This document shows, one piece after another, positions 50,990-64,000 of a stretch of DNA of 64,000 bases. The notes below the pieces were generated by a model, which saw only the letters and a program-made list of their open reading frames with translations, was not told the origin of the DNA and did not search any database. Both the position numbers and the translations under genes were made by a program. How positions within the stretch are numbered: position 1 is the stretch's first letter; each line of letters starts with the position of its first letter. The DNA is taken from NCBI GenBank assembly GCA_024137785.1, contig JAHRHZ010000105.1, positions 3,792,192-3,856,191 of the forward strand, read 5' to 3'. The stretch comes from Ginglymostoma cirratum. Its lineage: Eukaryota.

Positions 50990-53900
50990 AAGTAAGGTGA
51001 ATCTTTTGGGACTTTTAAAAGAACGGTGAAAAAGCATGAGAAAATACGCGCAATATATAACATCACACTTTAAAGAAATCATTAGACCCAAACGGTGGCA
51101 AAGAAAGAAGGTATAATCTCTTCACTTTCACCGACAAAGACAATCGAGGCATGGCCAAAATACCACATATTTGGTACAGTCCTGCAGCGGATTGCTAACA
51201 ACCTGAATTCTTGAAGGGCAGTAAAGAAGGGGAAGAAGAATAAGAAAAAAGAGGGAAAGAAAGCTTTCAAAACTCTATTGTCTCCGAGTCGGAGTCTAAA
51301 CAATTGGGCATTCTGCTTTAGAATAAAGTCCCAGGCATGGGCGCGGAGTTGTAAACACATCCAAAGACCCTGCTCCAGACGTCTCGCCAGACTCTGTATA
51401 GGGTTTTATTGCAGCAATTTCTGGCAGCCTGAAATGGTTAGGAAGTAGAACAAAAGAGGGCGTCGCTTGCTTTAGAGTCTAAAATGCATGTTGGTTACAC
51501 CACAATATTCACCAAGATTTTCCCTTAAAAAACTGTTACAATATGCATCCCCTCAGAAGTAAAACGCAAAGCCATATTTTTATGGCTTGGCACCTCCAGT
51601 TGTGAGTTTAATTTAATAGGTTCTGAAAGTTTTCCCTTTGCTGTGTTTGTTTTACAGACATTCAATTCTTAACCTTCAGAAATTTATACCCTATAAACTT
51701 TTACAACGGTCATATTATTTTATTGCAGCACACCACACTGAATTTCCTATAATGACAGACAACTTCCTAACTCCTCCTCCAGCGTGCTAGGCTCATATAT
51801 GCTTTCTCCTTGTATGTGTTTGTGTCTTGTGTGCTTGGCAAATAATGTTGAACTGGATATAACTTACATTATTACATTAGCTCTAATACACGACACGCTG
51901 ATACTGTATTTATTTTGTTCCAACCCTATAAAAGAGATTGTACACGGCTGCATAACGGTTTCTGTGATACAGAGGTACTAAGACATCTAAACATAGATTA
52001 TTTTTACTATGGCCTTAGACTTTCACGGCAGCCATTCTACTGAACCAACCTCGAGAACGCTTTCAAGTTGGCAAGCACCCTTTCTCCTTTCTAATTATCC
52101 CATGTTACTTTGTTAACTGGAAGATGGCGAAAAGAAGTAAAACCCCCTGAAATGCAATCTACCCTGAACATTCAATTAAATTGATGGAAATTTCTTTCGA
52201 GGATGGTGAAATGGGCATCGTCCCACCAGATTTCCACAGTGGACTATTTTATGTCGGGGGTAGAGGTTTAGAATGTTTCGGTTACGGCTATTTAATTAAA
52301 ATGTCCCCATTACTTGTTTGTGGGCAGATTCGTCGTGAAACGTATTCTAATTGATCAGAATATTTCATTTCGTTTTTGTTGTTTGTTATTTGCTATTCAT
52401 CGATGCAACATATGGCAAATGTTTTGATAGATTTCTGCATTCATTCATTTTTAATCTTGCAATCCTCATCTATAATGTCGATATTTATACACCTATATCT
52501 GAAAATGTACAGAGAGATAGGTATGCATATATAGGTAGGTAGATATAATACATATGCATTGTTTAACAAGATTATTTTTTAAAAAATAATTTTACCTTTG
52601 CTTAATAAGCGGGAGAAACTTAAGCCTTCCGAAGAGAGTGTGAGTGCTCACATTATGTCTCAGAAGTTTTAAAATTCAACCCGAACATGTCAACGGAGGG
52701 AATATTCACTATCAAACGATTATAGTAGTGAACAATGCAAGTAAACCAGCAGAACATAGATAACAGATTACTTTTTCTTCTTAATGGTTTATGTAAATTT
52801 TGTTAGAACATGTTATCTCCAGCTTGCAAAAATAAATGAAAATTTTCGTTTGAATTGTCTATGTAATTTATATTACTTCAAAGATGCGAGGCAGAAGATT
52901 CATTGCGTGCAAAAGAAATGAACTCACGCGTTATGATATGTACTGGACAATAAAATATGGAAAGCAACTAGCAGATATGTACGATGGGGCATTTTGATGA
53001 TAATTTGCATTATCCATATTTAATAATTGGGCCAAAAGAACACGAAATTTCGATATTTCAGAGCCTGTGATGATAAACACATGGAAAGTAAGCGAGAAAC
53101 TTACTGATGTGGACTAATTCCCCTGGAATTCCCATGAAACACGAGCTTTTGCACTTCATCTCCATCCCAACAACTTGTGTATATGTCTCGTTCGGCGAGA
53201 TACTATGGTTATGATTCTTCATCAGACGGAAGTATTTTTATTTCACTTTATTTATGGAAGCACTTTGCGTAGTTTCATGCTTCCCGGCAGTTGCATGCAC
53301 TCAGATCCTCTGTGCCTCTCTATTGACGACACGCCATTGTGTCCGCCCTCGGAGAGGATTTTTCGGGAAAAAGGAATAAAATACCGATTTTTTTGCCAGT
53401 ATGTCCAGCATAATCAGGGGCCTTATTCCTAGAAATGGCCAAATGATTTATCAAATAACTGATTTGGTTTTGTTGGGATTTTAGAAATTAAATTTATTTT
53501 CAGGGTTCTAACACGTCTTCTTGGTTTTCTATAATTATTCGACGATCTTATTTAACAAATAGTGCTATTCTCCTTTGGTTTTCTGAATCTGGTTTTCAGG
53601 CTTCATTCATAGAAAGATGTTCACATTCACAACCAAGAATAACGCAAGACTTTAAACAGTAGATACAAGGTCGGGGAGGAGGGGGAATTGCGTTTCCAAA
53701 CTTTCAGCAGCATTTTATTTTGCAGCTCTTTTTTAATACATTCGTATATTTACATCTAATGATCATGTTAGGTGTACAAAGAAGGGTGGCTTCAAAATAT
53801 TTGATTCTATCCAGTGGGTTTAATTTACAACTAACGTTTATAAATCACATTAGAATAGTGCAACCGTGCGCTGCTGACGTCGGAGAGCTCCAGAATGAAA

Positions 53901-55094
53901 TAACTAAAACTGAGGGTCTGCAGGAATCTGGACTTTTCTTGTGTAAAATGGTTAGTTCATTTACCTTAAGTGTAAATTCAGAACAAATCTACAAAATCCA
54001 CGAATATAAACACCAGTGCCACATAGGACGGAGATCCTAAGAAATATTTAATATGTTGTCACCAGGAGTGTTATTATTCCTAATATTTATTCTTTTGAGC
54101 CGATCCCTGTTGTTAACTTCCTTTTATGCAATCTAGTCTGTTATTATAATTCGTCAAATTAATCCTACATAGTGTTTTATTTCCAAAACGTCGCCAAGTT
54201 CTATGCGGCAGATCATTTAGGTTTTCGCTTCGACAGTTGTACGTGCTTACTGCAATATTTGAACATTTTCAAAAAGGAGCCACGTGGTAATAGTTCCTCA
54301 TAGTCGGACAAACACTTAGCAAAAGTGAAATCTACTAATTTAAACCCTCGGAGCATCAGACATTGAAACAAAACGCCAGATCCACACTCACTCAAACACA
54401 CAGACTAAGGGATACAGAAATCGAGGTGGAAAACTAGATTATCGCTTGATTTAAACAGTAGTCACAATTCCATTGAAACAAGCAAATGCTTAAATCGAAG
54501 AAATACAGGAGTTGTGGAAACAGCACTTAATTCAACCGCGATGTGATGTCTTCAAAATGGATTATAAACATTCGATTTTTGCATGTAAACTGTTGCAAAC
54601 AAGTCATGTTAAGTTATTGCCGCCAGCAAAGTCCAAAAAAATTTAACCGCAGCTTAAAAAGGATCATTTTATGTAAAGCGTTGCTTTGGAGCGCGCTCCA
54701 TCCCAGTCCCGCGCGAAAGGCCAACACCAAAGCATTGATAGAAATTGTAGCAATTTATAAATAACACGAAGTTCCTTTTTAAGCCATAAAGAGAGAAAAG
54801 GTGGCAAGAATAAAAGCACTCAGCTCTCTCTGGCTGTTAGAGTGGATGAGAATGAGAGGAAGTTGTATTTCTTAATATCCTGCAATAAAATTCTTTACAC
54901 GTGACAGTATTCCCTGAATGAATGCACTAAAATGTTCGAAATAAATAGCCGAATTGCTGGATGTTTAAACCTTACTTTCTGACCATTCTTTGCTGTGGAA
55001 GCATGTTGGCTTTCTCAGAACTACAGTGCTTTAAGGATAAATTGCAGAGACAGCAAAAACCGGCTACGCGCTAAAGTTAAATTTCAACAGCTAG

Positions 55095-55336
55095 TCACTC
55101 GAACTCTTTTACATGTTCCTTACTGAGTCTTTTCATCTTCATTCTCCTGTTTTGAAACCAGATTTTGACTTGTCTTTCAGTCAGGTTAAGAAGACGCGCT
55201 ACTTCGTGCCTCCGGTCCCTGGTGAGGTACATGTTGAACAGAAATTCCTTTTCCAACTCCAGGGTCTGATATTTGCTGTAAGGACATCTTTTCTTCCTTG
55301 TTGAGCGGGCATGTAACCAATTTGCAGCAGGATTGT
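55095..55336 (-). CDS. HOXB9: HoxB9 exon 2, homeodomain (translated by hand)
   Basis: Acceptor cttcag|AC. Reads [79 protein letters not shown]; RRHEVARLL is B9-like. Confidence 0.95.
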
Positions 55337-56049
55337 CTGAAGATGAGTGAAGGGGAAAATAATCAGATGAGAATAAGAATTATATTGGAATCATAATTTC
55401 TAAATGATATTTCTAACATTTTGCTGCTTGTGGGAGGCTTCTTCCACAGTTATATCGATCTAGCTAAGTATTAAGACAGTGCGTGTCTGCCTGTGTGTGT
55501 GTGTATGTGTCTGGGTCTTATATTACTCCTAAGCGTTTGTCCATTAGTATAGTGTATTACTGAACTGGAAACTGTTAGACACTCTCGAACTGTGAAGAAT
55601 TCATTTTGCTGTTTATTACCACGTTTGCAATTCAGAAGTAAACTCGAAGAGCCGACTGCGCTACATAAAATATTTCCTTTCTCCCTTCTCCGCAGCTTCA
55701 CATAAAGACGGTGTGGCGCACATTTCGTGGTTCTCAGGAGCTTATTTCGAACGGAAAATAACAACAGTGAATACTTTTTATTTATTCCTCCATTTATGCA
55801 ATGCCTCGTAGAAGATAAACTGGCGAATCCGCCATTAAGGATTTGCAGGTGTTTACTTGTGTAACCCATAAAACAGAACGGAGGCGTATAAAATAAAAGC
55901 GACATAAGACCAGTTAAATACTTGAGGCTAAACTGGGAGCAAACTACCTTTTAATTGGAACCTTACTACAATCGCGTGTTTTTGTTTTGTACGAGGTTTG
56001 GAAACTATTTTCATTGAGGTAAATTAAGTAGATTTCTCGAAAAACTTAC

Positions 56050-56566
56050 TTTGTTCTGATGTCTCTTTGTCTCCCTTCTCTTCACATATACTGTCTTCGT
56101 AGCACGGTGCTTTCCCGGAGCAAATGGTTTCGCTCTCCAAATATTCGCCATGTAATTTTTGAAGCGCTGCTGGTAGGGTTTCGCCGCCATGTGTTGCGGG
56201 TACTTCTGCTTTCAATGAATCGTGACCGCTGGAAGGCATTCCGGGTCCGGACACAGCCCTGGGGGTCGGGTCCAACCAGGACCGCATGTACCTGCTATCA
56301 GGCTGAATGGGGTGAGACTGGACATAAGGATGGTGCAAAGTGGAAACATTGGCAGAAGGCTGGCCGTACACGGGGGCCCAAGAGGTGCCGAACACCGGAG
56401 ATTTCGCCTGAAAATTACAAGCCGGAAATTCGGGGTGCTCGGGGACTCGCGGCTGTCTGGAGACTAAGTATTGCCCCGAAGCAAACTTTGTTGCAGGCGA
56501 TCCCTCGCTTTCATGACTTATAAGTGAATCGACAAAGTAGTTGCCAATAGCACCAGAGATCGACAT
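56050..56566 (-). CDS. HOXB9: HoxB9 exon 1 (joined with 55095-55336 gives 252 aa)
   Basis: MSISG..NYFVDSLISHESE, KFASGQY, EFPACNFQAKSPVFGTSW and RYMRSWL are Hox9 N-terminal motifs. Donor A|GTAAGT at 56049, phase 1. Confidence 0.95.
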
Positions 56567-59500
56567 TGTCAAACATCATACACTTCGATTCATTGAGAAA
56601 TTATATGTAAGACTAGAAATTGTTCTCTCAACTTCTCCACTAACAAAGTAGAGTTAGCGAATATGTTGTGGGCTATCTGCGAAACGATTGGTTAAAGTTT
56701 TCATGAGGCCGACAAAGCGACAATAAAACGTAAATCAATCCGCAATGGGGGTTAAACAATTAGCATCACCCTCCTCCCCCCGTATTAAATACATTTAGAA
56801 GTAAAAGGGGGATTGAATAATAAACAATACCACAGATAAATACATACTGTGCAACTATTCCTCACAATACAAAACCTGGTTAACTTTAACGGACATTTTT
56901 TAAAGGGACTATTTTGTTTCCTAATCAATCTTACGTCGTGCGATAAATTCTCACACCAGGTCTCATCATCGCCAGTTTTCGTATTACTGTTATTATTTTA
57001 AATCCGTAACATCAGAAGTATTAAATGCAATCAACGCAGCAGATTATCTTGCGGTATTTGTGCTTGATGGGTACGAGAAACTGGTGAGGTTGGTGGTTTG
57101 GAACGCTTAGATTGGAGTTAGCAATATTAGCCCGAGGTTCTGGTGCCATTGAATGAAATATGTGCGCGTGCTATGGGTGACAACTTTAGATCTTATAGAG
57201 AAGAGATTGCAATGAAAATACACAGAAATGTGAGATGACGGTCCGTTACTTTCTCGTCAAATTTTAATTCAGTCGAAAGACCGCAATTGAGGAAGATTAG
57301 AACGAATTGGATTTAAAGTAATTTCTGAGTCTGGTTTCTGCATTTCCAGCCAACAAAGTCTTTTTTGTTCCCATTGTGATGTTTTAAAGCTCACAGTTAT
57401 ACGAAAGCCACGGCTACGTATTATTCTGCATTTTTATGCTGTGTGATTTCAAATTGCTCGCAAGTCTACTTTGGAACAAAGGAAAAAGAAAAGCCAACCC
57501 TCAAACAATAATGAACTTTAGTGAACAAGTGAATAATTATTGTGGATTAAAATATATACGCATGGTTAGAGGTTCACTTTAAATGTAAACTACGTTTTCT
57601 CTTGTTGTTTTCCATCAGTTCCAGGAAGAAAAGAGGCAAGAAAGGTTTTGTATCATGAGCTAAGGGGAAATCGTGAATTAATGTTCTAAAACTAAGTACG
57701 ACTAGCGAAATGCGAATATTCAGGCAAAATTCGGTGGGTAATGAAAAATTTATACAGGTTGAAAATTATTCGGCTTTTAAATTACAAATCACTTTAAAAG
57801 AAATGGAACTTATTAATGGAAACTAATAATACTTTACTTTGCATTTAACGCATTAATTTAGAGGTCGATTAGAAACATCGATTCTATTTGATCCCGCTGA
57901 TGCAAAGAGTTGCATTTGAAGAGATTTGATAATTGATGAAGGACGAACAATGGCGAAGGCAATGAAGAAAATTACAAGTGGGGAGAATATTTATATAAAC
58001 TTTTAAATTCTAATCTTGTCGATGGTTTATTTTATAAAATTGACGAAACAAAATATATTGGTCAGGTCAAGAAAAATTCATTAAAAATGAATAAACATAC
58101 ATTTATTTAGACACAGAAATAATTCGACGAATATTTGAGTTGTAATTTTTGAATGGTTATGCTGGCAGGCAGGTGACTGTCGGCGGGGCTGCTCATTTAC
58201 AACAGTGGTTTCCATTAAGATAGCATTAACGAGTATAGAGGTATAGAACAAACTATCGGCTGAGATGAACATCTGAGTATTCGTTAATGTCATTATTGGA
58301 GACCCACTATATCTTAAATACCAAATTAATTCTCCATGATAAAAAAGAACACTTGCAAGGACCTGGATAAGGTCCAAACTACTGTAACGGGAATATTTTT
58401 GAGAATATTCAATTATTAGATAAGATCAGTGAAACGGTTCACCTATGTACTTATATTGGCTGTTAGCATCATGATCATAAATATCTCACAAGATTCACAG
58501 AATTCTTTAGCATTTTGATTCTGTGTGCTCTTTCTGGCAATGCGTTGAAGGAGAAGTAACCCCCTTATCCACTCGCCTGCTGATAAAGTTTATTTTGCCG
58601 CCATGATAAATTCAAAAGTTTAGATGAAAACGTTGGGGGAAATTAATTTAAAATTATTCTACATTCAAGGCGGCGCACTTTAAAACGTATTCTCAAGCTG
58701 GTAAGATGCTGTGGGATACATTTCCATTTAACATCAATGAATATTGTCCAGTCTAAACAGTCAAGTAGGGTGATTGTTTCAACGGCAGGCATCCCTTTAA
58801 AAGGCCGGCGAGACTTGCAGATTGCATTTGAACATTGGCATTAAACAGATTTTTCAGTCATGAGTAAAACGGGATATGTTAGCGATTGTTGCTAATGGAG
58901 CCAAATATGCAAGTTTTGATATATAATTATAGACTTCCAAAAATGCCACAAATGTATATTTTCTAAACAGCTTTACATGCGTGAACAATAAAAATAATTT
59001 GTTATTTTATGCGCGAAATAAGCTGACTTATCTATTTACTCAAAGTAAACACAGTTATTGGATTTTATATGCATCTTCTCAAGCTGAAACAGTCACTCTG
59101 CCAGTATATTGCTGTCCAAATGTTAAAATATACTTCAGAGACACTCTCCTGTCTTTTAGTTCGGCACTTTAAATTGACAATCTGATACTAGCGTTGTCGT
59201 TCTTCTTCCCAGCTGGAAGTTAAAGCAGGGATATGCTGTGTTTCCCCCTTTGCATCTAAAACTTATCTTAAATGCACAAATCCCAGTTTAAACAATTTGC
59301 TTAATAGCATAAAGGTTTCACTATCAATAAAAATATGCATTCTTTTTTCGCAGCAAAGCAGTTTTCAGTATTCTTGAGTGAAATGGGAAATATGCTTTTA
59401 ATTGCTGCATCAATACAGGAAAACAGATGCAAAACGTGACATCGACAAGGACAGGGAACTGCATTTCAACAGTAATGTTTAAAACGGTCAACAATCATTT

Positions 59501-61264
59501 CTAATATTTCTAGGACCTTTGGTTTTATGAGAGTTTTAATAATATGTTTAAATTTTTTTAAAGTAGGAAATCGTTGTTCTTTCTTGCAAATTTCGAGTTT
59601 ATGTATATACTTTTAGAAGTTTAAAAAAATACATTATCGATCCCTGCCAAGCAAAATTGGGCACAGTCTCCAAACACAGCAAGTAGCATTACGAAAAGGA
59701 AAAGATCCATCGTTCGGGGTCGCTGCAGGTCATTTGGCGGCAAGACCACATTTAGATTTTAAAGAAGATGTTTAACTTAAGCCTAACGATTAAAGAAGCG
59801 AGCCATTTTGCTCTTGTCTCAGCACGCTGTGCAATCCAATCAAACTTAAGTCATTTCAGCGCAATTATAACTTTAACATTAGCAAGTTTGTTCGTTGCTC
59901 TCTCACCTTTGGCTCAATTCATAATGCATCGGAAATACGCAGAGAGACAAGAAAACAAAGTATCTTCACAATAAATCGTGAAGATGGTGAATATATGGCA
60001 ATCAGCTAAAGTTTATGATGGAACACTCCTCGGCACCTAATTGCTGTTAAAAAGGGTCCCTTTTTCCTTAGCCGATATTATATTATACAACTCACTCGAT
60101 GGGTTAAATAAGGGCAGTATATGTATTCCTGCATGTATTTTAAACAGCAGCCGATAGTTAATTCGCGGGTTCCAAACTGACAGCAAAAGCGAACGAATTA
60201 AAGATTATCAGCGGAAACTCGCTCAAGTTATACTTTGATATGTAAACGAACAAAATAACGAATCGATTAGGGCAAGACTGAAGCTTCTTCGTCTACAGGC
60301 AATAGTCTCACTGGAAGCTTGTCGAATGTCTTTCTGCAATTGGATACCTCCAGTTTAAAAGCCTATGAGTTATATTCAGATGCATCTTACTGGAGTATTA
60401 TTGATCCAGACTATATTTTTAATATACAGCAATATTGTGATAGACTGAACAATCGCTGTTAATGATAAAGTGATAACGACATTATCATTTATGACTGGAC
60501 ATATTATGCTAAATTTAAAAAAAAACAAAATACAACACAACCATTTCACACTACAAGCCTTGATAACATAACATTGGAGGAATGAAGAGCGCTCTCAACT
60601 GTGAATGGAAGATACTTAGGGTCCCTCGATCATAATACAAATGTATAAAAACTGTTACACGAAATTAATATGACACAGAAATAAATCTTGTATATCGGCA
60701 GAATTTCAGCTTTCTGAGGGCGCATTAACCATTTGTCTGTCTTACAAGAAAACCTATAATAACGTCTTTTATGGATAGAGACGGTGCAGATATTACTGGA
60801 AGACTGAAACCTGGGAACACACCTTACACAACCACAAGTTCATTCCTCTGTTCTGTTGATTTAGATATCTATTAATTTATTCAACGTATAATCGATTAAT
60901 CTATCTGTCTACGTAGTTCCTTCTGACGAATAGAAATTCGGATCAAACTAACGATGCTCGCAATGACAAGGCAATTCCAAAATTGTGCATTTATCAGTAG
61001 AAAAATGCACACAATTTGCATTGTTTAAAACTTTACCATGCCATTCATACACAAATACTACTATTATGGAAAATAGCCATGTATCGGATACATAGCCAAT
61101 AGGATAGGTAAATATTTCGGGTAATCTGCAATAACAGTTCGCACTACATATCATTGTTTTTCGCTTCGCAACGTATAGTGTTTTGTCACAGGAACCATTC
61201 ATTCGGGTATCAAAATAGCAGAGATTCCTCTTTTTAACTAAATTCCAAATGCTTGCGATGACAA

Positions 61265-61350
61265 TAACTGGAGTAATTCAGGCAGTTTCTTGTCACTGCG
61301 ATCAAACAGAAGCCCAACAACATGAAACTACCTAAGTCACACAGCAGTTC
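61265..61350 (-). ncRNA. MIR196A: miR-196a precursor hairpin
   Basis: The mature 5p arm UAGGUAGUUUCAUGUUGUUGGG is at 61313-61334 and the 3p arm CAGUGACAAGAAACUGCCUGA at about 61278-61298. This is the canonical position 5' of Hox9. Hairpin ends are approximate. Confidence 0.97.
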
Positions 61351-63824
61351 CATCTCACATGCGCCATAGACTGAACCTAGTGAGTGAAGTTCAATTCGAA
61401 CACTAAAATAAAGATTGACATTGTGAGATATGTTTTTACTAAGCATTATTCTTTAAAATATAATTACATTAATAAAATTATCTCATGTTTCTAAGAAAGG
61501 AAACGAAGGCGGGATATTTACAAATCTTAGTTACCAGCGGCTCTAAACTAGATCTATCTTTCTTTAATCAATCCAAAAGGACACAGTGTACCATTTCGGG
61601 CTCGCTGGACATACGAATACACATAAAAGAAACCGAAGCGATCAGTCTCACTATACTGCATCATTATCATGGTAAAAGACAAACGTTTGCACTTTTTAAC
61701 ATAATCAACAGGCCATTGTAACAAGAAACTTCAGGAAATTCAAACATTTAATTTTCCACCAAGTCGATTTGACTATAAGCAGTCTTACAGGGGATCTGGA
61801 GAAATACACCAGTGAAACATGACAACAAGGCCCTACCATTTTCAGCATGTTTTCCAAAGTCTTGAAAACAAATGTGGATAACAGTTAGCGAGTTTCCACT
61901 TGCAGTTTGCCAAGGAAAGTGTGACCATTTTCCTGATCTCAAATCTGTGCTGTGTGGCATGCCGCTTGGAGACAATCTGCCTAAGTCCAACAAGTGCTAC
62001 GTGACAGCAAATTGCCAAACATATTTACAAGCCATAAAACTTCACAAAAGCGGACGTGGTCGTCCATGGAACATCATCAGTGCCCACAGTCAGTTACAAC
62101 CGTCTCGATGGTATTTAAATCACGGACACCGGATACCAAATAAATTTCAGACTGCGGGGTTTTCTTTAGGGATGGAAGCATCGGAATTCCCTGCCTTTTT
62201 TCTCGACCATCAACTTGTCCATTTCAGGTCAATTTCACGGGTTCACAATCAACCAACCAATGTCCGTGATATATATGAGCCAGGCTTGATGAAAGAGCTA
62301 CTAGCCAGCAAATAGTCACAACAAAACTTAACAGACTTTTAGACGTTGAAGAAAAGTATTAAGATCTATAGAAATGCTCCAAACACATTTTTTGTCATTT
62401 TTAAATCTGAATTTTAATATTGATAAGGCTTAGGAAATAATGCAACCAATTTATGACGTGAAATACACAGAACGTGCTATTCAAAAAAAAATCCACGCTT
62501 CTTTTACACCATGAAAGTGAAATATATCATTTAAACAGTTATTTGTGGACTTATATATGGTCCCCAAATATTAACATCTCCTGTTATTTTCCTCATTAAA
62601 GGAAGTGCGGAGTTCAATGTCCACAGCAGTAGACAAGAGGTGATGAATACGACGTTAATAGGCTTTGGTATAGCTAGTTTCTTTACATTTTTTAAAAAAA
62701 TAAATATTACATGTTATATGACATTACACATTTATTATCTGAAATCTCTATCTAAAACCATATATGTCAAACCATTTGAGAGGACAGATCACTGTACATT
62801 GTCATACATTTAGTGGATTTGAAGATACATCTTATTCTTAAGCACAATCACATTTTAATTGTGGTGTATAATGCCCATTAAGCGTGTAGGTCACTGCAAC
62901 AAGTATAATGGATATTTGGCGTATGTTGCGAAGTTCGTTTGAACTGATTGCTATATATTCACATCATTTATGCTCGAGAAGTTCAAACAAACAACTGCTG
63001 ATCTACTCCAGTACACTAACTGACCAAGAACTCATCTGCGTTTATGTATATTTCAGTCTGCAATTGTAAGTTGTCATTTTTATTGTCAGTTCTTATCAAT
63101 TTATTAGTTCCTCACATTCCATTCACATTTTGCTAGGAAGCTTCACATCACATCTCTAATGCGAAACAGAGTGAGAAATGAAACAACAAAATTAAATCAG
63201 TATCTTGTTAAGTAAGTAGGTGCCCAATTCCCAACCACAGGCCTTACCCCCGCCCAGCTGTCTTTTAGTACAATGCTTTTGGTCCAAGAAGCTTTGAGGT
63301 AATATATGTGTAAATAGAAGTATATGGATCAGTAGCAGTTCTCGATGAAAAATGAAAGTAATAGCTAGCGGGAATCCATGTTAAAATGCTGTCCTTCTAA
63401 AAAGAACGAGCTAGGTGTCCAGGCTGGTCAACTAACAGTTTGGCCATTCCATGTTAATCAAAGGAACTCTAAAGTTACGTTAACATTTCTGTTCCCACAA
63501 CAATTGTACTAACATAATTAAAGCTGAGTTGAATACTAATATTTGCTCTTTAACGTTTATGTTACTCAATATGGGTCCAGTTAATGCTTTACATCTTCAG
63601 CAACTCTGCATTTAATACGAACTTCAGATATTAGTTGTTATTTTAAGCCGAGTCAGCAGTAGAATAATTTTATTCAACTGCAAAACAATCAACGCACTCT
63701 CCAAACAATTCATTGCTTCTAAGTTTTAAGAAGTTGCAATGTAAAAGACGCTGGCCTAATTCAAGCGTTAGTATTACAATCCTCCATGAAATACACATGC
63801 AATTTTTCATAGATAACAAGCATG

Positions 63825-63907
63825 GGACTGGATGAACACAGCAGGTCAAGCAGCATCATAGGAGCAGGAAAACTTGACGTTTCGGGCCTAAACCCTTCAT
63901 CAGAAAT
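63825..63907 (-). mobile_element. Short shark-type interspersed repeat fragment (Penelope-like/retrozyme-derived) carrying a minimal hammerhead motif
   Basis: ctggatgaacacagcaggtcaagcagcatc...gacgtttcgggcctaaacccttcatcag resembles a repeat I recall as abundant in elasmobranch genomes. The minus strand reads CTGATGA-AGGGTTTAGGCCC-GAAACGTC. Confidence 0.65.
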
Positions 63908-64000
63908 GACTAGTTTGCACATTTCCATTTATACTTATTCAGCAGTACTTTGAGATTGTGGAGTGATAAGAAAAATACGTGGTTTCATTTGGGATTCTTA

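Noticed and set aside
55941-55950. AAACTACCT miR-196-like match in the HoxB9 intron
   Set aside because: It is seed-length only, has no hairpin, and is on the wrong strand to be a target in Hox mRNA.
56059-56523. Antisense ORFs over HoxB9 exon 1 (also over HoxB8 at 45606-45971)
   Set aside because: These are shadow ORFs of GC-rich coding sequence with no motif support.
61872-62315. 147-aa plus-strand ORF upstream of miR-196, considered as HoxB10 or a transposon remnant
   Set aside because: It is on the wrong strand for Hox and has no homeodomain, Hox10, RT or transposase motifs. It is likely a chance ORF.

Overview
This window is eukaryotic DNA: the central part of a vertebrate HoxB cluster, transcribed on the minus strand. 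It holds six intact two-exon homeobox genes, each with one phase-1 GT-AG intron between the hexapeptide/NW motif and the homeodomain: HoxB4 (15001-16057), HoxB5 (29217-30747), HoxB6 (33117-34416), HoxB7 (41124-43229), HoxB8 (44799-45929) and HoxB9 (55095-56566). miR-10a lies between B4 and B5, and miR-196a lies upstream of B9. The B assignment rests on paralog groups 4-9 being present together, the two miRNAs and diagnostic residues. Positions 1-14000 have no credible protein-coding gene and look like the HoxB3 upstream regulatory and 5'UTR region. Recognisable cis-elements include two DR5 retinoic-acid elements, two CTCF motifs with an identical core, the Hox4 intron element, the Hox5 promoter block and the 7-6 four-cluster sequence. 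There are also miR-196 target sites in the HoxB8 and HoxB7 3'UTRs. The source is probably a shark or other elasmobranch (inferred from the slowly evolving proteins and a shark-type repeat). The most notable oddities are a minimal hammerhead-ribozyme motif in the only evident transposon fragment (about 63.9 kb), a fully paired three-wobble miR-196 site in HoxB8, loss of the first Met of HoxB4, stacked uORFs on HoxB9, and in-frame tandem acceptors that alter linker length. I cannot support a wholly new biological system; all calls were made by eye without database searches.
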